Assembly: GCF_002945325.1 (NCBI RefSeq)
Contig: NZ_CP026606.1
Span: 1,110,001 to 1,142,000, forward strand
DNA: 32,000 nucleotides
Source: Methanococcus maripaludis
GTDB taxonomy: Archaea > AGJL01 > Methanococci > Methanococcales > Methanococcaceae
Direction of reading: 5' to 3'
Shown piece after piece: positions 27,208 to 32,000 of this stretch; position 1 is the first letter of the stretch; every line of letters starts with the position of its first letter. Position numbers and translations under genes: made by a program. Under the pieces are notes generated by a model. It was not told where the DNA came from, searched no databases, and saw only the letters and a program-made list of their open reading frames with translations.

Positions 27208-28374
27208 TTAAATTTTAAATTCTTCTTTTTCAATTCGTTTTTTAAGTTCTTTTGCAAGTTTTAGTGCTCTAACTCTATCCGACTGCCTGCAGGTTATTGG
27301 AATTCCCATGATACTTTTTCTATCCATCTGGTATACTCCATAAGCACACGAATCAACACATACTCCGCATCCAAAGCAGTTTTCATTTGGCAGTGTTCTT
27401 TTTCCCAAATGGTCGAGTCTTACAATTGCATTTGTTGGGCACATTTTTTGAGCTTCACAAGAATCACAAACCCTGCACCTGTTAATATCAACTTTAGGCC
27501 TTAAGTCTGCTTTTTCCCATACTTCAGAATATTTTCCACTGCCAAGACTCGTTCTTCCAAATACGTTTGTTAATGGAAGTTCTATTTCAGAATCAAGCGT
27601 CTTTAAATATTCTTTATTTTTTTCGTTCACTTCGATTGGAACAGCAATGGTATTAAAAATCTCTACACCTGCAGATGTTGTAAATCCTCCGATATAATAT
27701 TCGTCCATTTCATGCATATCTGCAGAAATCATCATGTTTGGTTTTTCTTTTGATGATCTGGTACCATATCCTAAAATAAGGCCATCAGCTCCATTTACAA
27801 GTATTTTTTTTCCAGTAATATATTTTTCATCAGAATTCATGTTTTGAAGCGGGTTTAATTCACCACAGCCTGAAAAAGAAGCTTCTCCCGATTTTAACAT
27901 TTTTCTATGAAATATTGTATTTACGGGTTTGCCCGTGTTTGTTAACGCCACATAATTTTTAAATGCATTTCTGGTACCAATAAGTTTTGCGGTCGGCATG
28001 TCTTTTAGAGTTATCATTTTTTTGTACGTTTTGCCATCGGATTCAACTACGGCTTCAACTTCTTTTCCAGAAATTAGGTCTTTAAATAAAAAACCGCCAC
28101 CGTAATTTTTGAAATGTTTTGTCCCATAAATTGTGCAGTCAACACTACCTAAAAATTCATTAGGGCAAGGCCCAGGATATCCTTCAATTCCATTTAAATA
28201 GAATTTTTCGGCTTTTTTAAATGATTCACCGATGGGTATATGGAATATACCTAAAGTTCCAGACATTATTCCGCAAGTGCCCGCTGTTACGACTTCAACT
28301 TCATCAATTTTATCTTCTTCGTTATTTCTTACCATTTTTTTTAATTCATCAACAGTAACTACTAATTTTTCCAT
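27208..28374 (-). CDS. COG1900/DUF39 sulfurtransferase-like domain fused to a 2x[4Fe-4S] ferredoxin domain (MJ1681/ComF-like, or a homocysteine-synthesis paralogue)
   Basis: N-terminal VVTAGTCGIMSGTLG and a roughly 300-aa domain resemble the COG1900 family. The C-terminus carries CRVCDSCEAQKMCP and CFGCGVCVDSC. GGTG SD. The specific function is inferred from recollected work on M. jannaschii homologues. Confidence 0.75.
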   Translation of the reverse strand: MEKLVVTVDELKKMVRNNEEDKIDEVEVVTAGTCGIMSGTLGIFHIPIGESFKKAEKFYLNGIEGYPGPCPNEFLGSVDCTIYGTKHFKNYGGGFLFKDLISGKEVEAVVESDGKTYKKMITLKDMPTAKLIGTRNAFKNYVALTNTGKPVNTIFHRKMLKSGEASFSGCGELNPLQNMNSDEKYITGKKILVNGADGLILGYGTRSSKEKPNMMISADMHEMDEYYIGGFTTSAGVEIFNTIAVPIEVNEKNKEYLKTLDSEIELPLTNVFGRTSLGSGKYSEVWEKADLRPKVDINRCRVCDSCEAQKMCPTNAIVRLDHLGKRTLPNENCFGCGVCVDSCAYGVYQMDRKSIMGIPITCRQSDRVRALKLAKELKKRIEKEEFKI

Positions 28375-28400
28375 AATGGCACCAAAATATCTTTTTAGTC

Positions 28401-28435
28401 AATCCTTTTAAGGATTTACAATTTGTATTTACAAT
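28401..28435. promoter_or_regulatory. Inverted repeat plus 9-bp direct repeat pair upstream of the COG1900-ferredoxin gene
   Basis: AATCCTT-TT-AAGGATT (28401-28416) overlaps the first of two ATTTACAAT copies (28414-28422 and 28427-28435, 13-nt period). The block lies 27-61 nt upstream of the ATG at 28374. Confidence 0.25.
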
Positions 28436-28627
28436 GTTTTGGATGAGGTATCTTAAGAAATTTTTGGAAAGATGATTTATCTTATTCTTCATTTCGATTT
28501 AATTATATCTTTATATATTGATAAAATTCATAATTTTAATTAGCGGTTTAAAATAACGCTATTTTAGTTTTTAATTTCCGATAAAATGATTTAATAGGTA
28601 TAACAAGGTTTTTTGGGCGGGGTGGCC

Positions 28628-28855
28628 ATGTTAAATTTTGAAATAATTCGTAAAAATGAAATAATTGCAAGTGGGGGTTATATAAAAGACATTGGGCCAA
28701 ATGGAAAAATATTTGTAATTCCTAAAAATTTGGAAGAGGGGCTAAAAGTAACGGCTTTTTTAAATGAAATCTCCAAGAAAATTCAAAAAATGAAATCAAA
28801 AAACGAACTTTATTCTGACATTACATTTGGGGAATATTATTTGAGATTTGAATAA
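28628..28855 (+). CDS. Small hypothetical protein (75 aa)
   Basis: ATG at 28628 preceded by GGGGTGG. Soluble, ends ...GEYYLRFE, and is followed by a T8-containing tract. No family recognised. Confidence 0.55.
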   Translation: MLNFEIIRKNEIIASGGYIKDIGPNGKIFVIPKNLEEGLKVTAFLNEISKKIQKMKSKNELYSDITFGEYYLRFE

Positions 28856-28970
28856 ATCAAAACTGAATTTATGAAATTCCTTTTTTTTATTTTCACACAC
28901 AATTTTCACAACACATGTTTAATATATAATTACAGATATTCATTTTTAAACTAAAATTCTGGTGGTATTA

Positions 28971-29753
28971 GTGGAATTAAAATTGTCTGTACCTCAGTGG
29001 CACTACAGCATGCTTTTGGATGATGAACGGGTTTCAGTATTTAAAGAAGCAGTTGAAACTTCCGTAAAACCTGGGGACATTGTATTTGATCTTGGGACTG
29101 GAAGCGGAATTCTTGCAATGATTGCAGCGAAAAATGCAAAGCACGTTTATGCAGTAGAATTGGACCCAATAACGACAGAATATACAAGAGAAAATATAAA
29201 TGAAAATAATTTTGAGAATATCACTGTTATCGAGGATGATGCAGCATACTATCCATTTTCCGAAAAAGCAGATGTGGTAATTGCAGAACTTTTAGACACA
29301 GGATTAATTACCGAACCACAGGTTCCTGTTTTAAATTCGATAATTGAAAAGGGGCTTTTAAAAGAAGGGGGAATAATAATCCCAGAAGAAGTTTATAATT
29401 CCGCCCAAATAGTAAAATCAAAAATGGGCCACATTTACTACGATGAAGAAGTAACATCTGAAGAAGTTTCAAACGAGATTGTTTACGATACAATTAATTT
29501 TTATCGGGTAAATGATGAAGATGTCGAATATTTACTCGAATTTGATTTAAAAGAAGACGTAAAAAATCCTGCTGTAAGATTGAACACTTATACTAAATTA
29601 AAAGAAAATCTTATTTCTGGATCAAGCCCTATGTTAAATCCACCGCTTGTAATTCCAATAAATGGTGAATTAAAGACGGGAACTGTTAAAATAAAATTAT
29701 CCTACATAATGGGCGGAGATTTAGAATCAATAAATGTTGAAATTATAAAATGA
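28971..29753 (+). CDS. Class I SAM-dependent methyltransferase with PRMT-like signatures (COG4076-like)
   Basis: PRMT-like N-terminal H-x2-ML-x-D-x2-R-x3-F (HYSMLLDDERVSVF), motif I VFDLGTGSG, post-I VYAVELD, and an E-x8-E double-E-loop equivalent (AELLDTGLITEPQ). The start is probably the GTG at 28971 (GGTGG 5 nt upstream) or the GTG at 28962. Confidence 0.75.
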   Translation: MELKLSVPQWHYSMLLDDERVSVFKEAVETSVKPGDIVFDLGTGSGILAMIAAKNAKHVYAVELDPITTEYTRENINENNFENITVIEDDAAYYPFSEKADVVIAELLDTGLITEPQVPVLNSIIEKGLLKEGGIIIPEEVYNSAQIVKSKMGHIYYDEEVTSEEVSNEIVYDTINFYRVNDEDVEYLLEFDLKEDVKNPAVRLNTYTKLKENLISGSSPMLNPPLVIPINGELKTGTVKIKLSYIMGGDLESINVEIIK

Positions 29754-29780
29754 AGTACAAAATAAAATTTAGGGATTTTT

Positions 29781-30587
29781 ATGAAGATTGGAATATTAGC
29801 CCACAAAAAAACGCCCGAAAATACAATGATTTTTGAAGAACTTAAAAAAAGATGCAGTGTTGAATTTATAGGCCCTTTAAATGTGTTTTTAGGTTCTGAA
29901 AGTTATGATTTTGATTTGATATTATCAAGAGTTGAGCGAGATTTTTTAATCGAGGGCATTTATGCTTTAAAAGACATTTCAAAAGATATTCCAGTTATAA
30001 ATTCGGCTGAAACCATTCAAACGTGTCAAAATAAGTATCTTACCTATTTAAAATTAAAAAAAGTATCTCCAAAATCATTTTTAACCTACTCAAAAGACAT
30101 TTCTGAAATTTTTGATAAAATCGATAATAATTTTGGATACCCCTGCGTTTTAAAGCCAATTTATGGCGGATACGGGGATGGAGTTTTGAAAGTAACTTCA
30201 AAATCTGAGTTTGTTGAAGTTTTTGAAAAAAATGAAAAAAATGAACTTTTTGTTCAGGAATTTGTCCCATATATCCATGACATACGGGTTTTTTTGGTGA
30301 ATAATGAAATCATCGGATCGATGGAAAGAATTCCAAAAAATAGTTGGAAAGCAAATTATTCACTTGGTGCAGAAATAAAGGAATTTAAACTATCAAACGA
30401 AGTTGAAGACATGGTTTTAGATTCTGTAAAAAAATTGGGTGCCGATATTGTTGGAATTGATGTATTAATTTCAAACGATAAAAATTATATTTTAGAAGCA
30501 AACATCACACCGCAGTTTCGGGGAATGATGAATTTTGTAAATGTTCCCGAAAAAATTGCAGATTACTGTATTAATTACCTAAAATAA
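29781..30587 (+). CDS. RimK-family ATP-grasp ligase (MptN/CofF-type alpha-L-glutamate ligase candidate)
   Basis: The ATP-grasp layout (YPCVLKPIYGGYGDGV, LFVQEFV, DIRVFLV, GIDVLISNDKNYILEANITP) resembles RimK and the methanogen cofactor glutamate ligases. The gene starts 27 nt after the methyltransferase stop. Confidence 0.8.
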   Translation: MKIGILAHKKTPENTMIFEELKKRCSVEFIGPLNVFLGSESYDFDLILSRVERDFLIEGIYALKDISKDIPVINSAETIQTCQNKYLTYLKLKKVSPKSFLTYSKDISEIFDKIDNNFGYPCVLKPIYGGYGDGVLKVTSKSEFVEVFEKNEKNELFVQEFVPYIHDIRVFLVNNEIIGSMERIPKNSWKANYSLGAEIKEFKLSNEVEDMVLDSVKKLGADIVGIDVLISNDKNYILEANITPQFRGMMNFVNVPEKIADYCINYLK

Positions 30588-30617
30588 ATTTTAAAAAAGT
30601 TATTTTTAATTTTTAAA

Positions 30618-31283
30618 TTATTCCTTGTTTTCGCTTGAAAATACTTTTCTAACTTCATCTAATGAGTCTGTTTTAGCTAAAATTAAAATTCTATCGTACG
30701 CTTTTAATTCAGTACTTCCATCAGGGATTTTTAATTCGTTTCCTTCGTAAATCGCGATTATAACATAGTCTTTTGTTCCGCCAAGTTCCCTAATTTTTTT
30801 ATCTGCAACTTTTGACGTTGGAGGAATTAGAAGCTCTAAAATCTCTGCATCTCCCCTTCCAACGATTGCAAGGTCTACAACTCCAGGTCTATCAATTAAT
30901 TTTTCGATATAATTTGCTGCAACAAGTTCTGGACTGATTACAACTCCAATTCCAAGGCTTTCAAATACGTCCTTGTAATCTGGCTCACTTACTCTTGCGA
31001 TAGTTTTCGAAACGTTGAATTTTTTTGCAATTAATCCGCTGATTAAATTAATTTCTTGATTTCCGGTAACAGCAATAAATATATCGGCATCTTCAATTCC
31101 TGCATTTTCAAGAGACTTTGTTTTGGTACAGTCCCCGTTAATTACCAGAGCATCGATTTCGCCTGCAACTTCTTCACATGTTTTTTTGTTTTGATCCAGT
31201 ATTACTAAATCGTGCCCTTTACCTGAAAGCGACTTTGCAAGTGAAATTCCAACTCTGCCCATTCCTGCAACTATAATATACAT
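30618..31283 (-). CDS. trkA: TrkA/RCK-type K+ transport regulatory protein (TrkA-N plus TrkA-C)
   Basis: Rossmann motif IIVAGMGRVG, INGDCT, and a C-terminal TrkA-C-like region. 221 aa. Confidence 0.85.
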   Translation of the reverse strand: MYIIVAGMGRVGISLAKSLSGKGHDLVILDQNKKTCEEVAGEIDALVINGDCTKTKSLENAGIEDADIFIAVTGNQEINLISGLIAKKFNVSKTIARVSEPDYKDVFESLGIGVVISPELVAANYIEKLIDRPGVVDLAIVGRGDAEILELLIPPTSKVADKKIRELGGTKDYVIIAIYEGNELKIPDGSTELKAYDRILILAKTDSLDEVRKVFSSENKE

Positions 31284-31298
31284 AAAATTTACCTTTTT

Positions 31299-31853
31299 TT
31301 ACTTTTTTACAATTATTTTTTCGAAATATTCATCATAAGCACCGTGATAATGGGGCAATTCTATAAAAAGTTCTTCTTCCATCTTCAAAAGTTTATCATA
31401 AGTTTTTTTATCTATTTTCCCAATTAATTTATTCGCTATGGCTTTTTTGCAATTGATACTGCAAGGAATAAATCCTGATGGAAGAATAACGGCGTAAGTT
31501 TCTTCATCAAATTCCATATTTTCAATTTCTTTTAAATGTTCAGAATCTATTCCATACCTTGCAGTTTCGGAAAAAGATTTTACACAGCATTCTGGATAAT
31601 CTAAAAGTTCACCAAGTTCTAAATCATCAAGTCTTCGGTATATTCCAAGTTCCGAAGAAACAAATGGATCTATCGCGGGCCTTATTTCAATTTCGTATTT
31701 TTTTACAATTTCAATCTGTTTTTCAAGTCTTTTTAAGATATATTCAAACATATCGTCAGGCATTGACTGAATATGCTTTGAAAGCACCTGAAATTTATCA
31801 GAATCATTATCTCTTAATTCGACTATTTTTTTGTAGAGTCTTTCAATTTCCAT
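31299..31853 (-). CDS. Conserved-looking hypothetical protein with a CC...C-x3-C motif (possibly DUF483-like)
   Basis: 184 aa from the ATG at 31853. Motifs LDYPECCVKSF and IPCSINCKKA. The stop lies 15 nt upstream of the trkA start. The track start at 31988 overlaps another gene end and adds a low-complexity extension. Confidence 0.6.
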   Translation of the reverse strand: MEIERLYKKIVELRDNDSDKFQVLSKHIQSMPDDMFEYILKRLEKQIEIVKKYEIEIRPAIDPFVSSELGIYRRLDDLELGELLDYPECCVKSFSETARYGIDSEHLKEIENMEFDEETYAVILPSGFIPCSINCKKAIANKLIGKIDKKTYDKLLKMEEELFIELPHYHGAYDEYFEKIIVKK

Positions 31854-31935
31854 GGATTTCCCGTTCTTTGAAATTATTTTGTTATATATTATTGTTAGAT
31901 GTATTAAAAAAAGATATTGTTTTAAAATTAACAAA

Positions 31936-32000
31936 TTATTCAAAAACTTTTGACATGCAACCCGCAACAAATCCTGCAACAGCGTCATCTAAAAACATGT
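31936..32000 (-). CDS. 3-prime end of a gene running off the window (C-terminus ...MFLDDAVAGFVAGCMSKVFE), possibly PgpA-like
   Basis: Hand translation of the minus strand ends at a TAA at 31938-31936. The DDxxAG tail is reminiscent of phosphatidylglycerophosphatase A family C-termini. Only 21 codons are visible. Confidence 0.35.
   Translation of the reverse strand, partial: MFLDDAVAGFVAGCMSKVFE

Noticed and set aside
28391-28403. Third occurrence of CTTTTTAGTCAAT, the core of the 76-bp repeat, just upstream of the COG1900-ferredoxin gene
   Set aside because: Only 13 nt match and the flanks diverge immediately. This is too short to claim homology with the DUF99 3-prime-end repeat without a genome-wide motif count. 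I note it but do not interpret it.
1-32000. tRNA, rRNA, CRISPR, transposase/integrase, toxin-antitoxin or defence-system genes; selenocysteine (in-frame TGA) recoding
   Set aside because: I found no GC-rich cloverleaf-like patches. The only GC-rich intergenic spots are short hairpins or SD sequences. There are no repeat-spacer arrays and no recombinase-like ORFs. No pair of adjacent same-frame ORFs is split by a single TGA. The window reads as core chromosome.

Overview
The window is AT-rich by eye (G+C not computed). It uses GGTG/GGAGG ribosome-binding sites and encodes methanogenesis-specific genes: Ftr, an Ehb-type energy-converting hydrogenase and an AtwA-like ABC ATPase. I infer a chromosomal core region of a Methanococcus-type hydrogenotrophic methanogen. 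The gene order resembles what I recall for M. maripaludis, but I cannot verify that without a search.

I support about 38 protein genes and find no tRNA, rRNA, CRISPR array, transposase or integrase. In window order:
- Partial MFS transporter; CPHC thioredoxin; TusA-TusA-DsrE fusion with a small membrane protein.
- Orphan solute-binding lipoprotein; PAP2 phosphatase; two-domain ABC ATPase (AtwA-like).
- Nine-gene Ehb cluster (Mrp-like membrane subunits, 14-cluster polyferredoxin, 2-cluster ferredoxin, NuoB-like small subunit, NuoH-like subunit) with no [NiFe] large subunit.
- Small membrane protein and MoeA; MtnA-family isomerase; AspRS; DUF59 protein; HisRS; Alba.
- Minimal kinase-like protein; PAC2 proteasome chaperone; unknown 224-aa protein; Ftr.
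- EncFtn-like half-ferritin; DUF99 protein; CoaBC; pyruvate kinase; DUF4013-like membrane protein.
- COG1900-ferredoxin fusion; 75-aa unknown protein; PRMT-like methyltransferase; RimK-family ATP-grasp ligase; Cys-motif protein and TrkA.

I do not see a clear new multi-gene system such as a defence island or mobile element. The observations most worth a second look are:
1. A 76-bp direct repeat with 583-bp period duplicates the 3-prime end of the DUF99 gene and brackets a single EncFtn-like ferritin gene, which looks like an insertion scar.
2. That ferritin-like gene stands alone, with no encapsulin shell gene nearby.
3. The thioredoxin / TusA-TusA-DsrE / membrane-protein group is a candidate sulfur-relay module.
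4. A PRMT-like methyltransferase with an intact double-E loop is probably co-transcribed with a RimK-type ligase.
5. A COG1900-ferredoxin sulfurtransferase-like gene has structured upstream DNA.

All family assignments come from motif recognition in the supplied translations. None has been confirmed by a database search.
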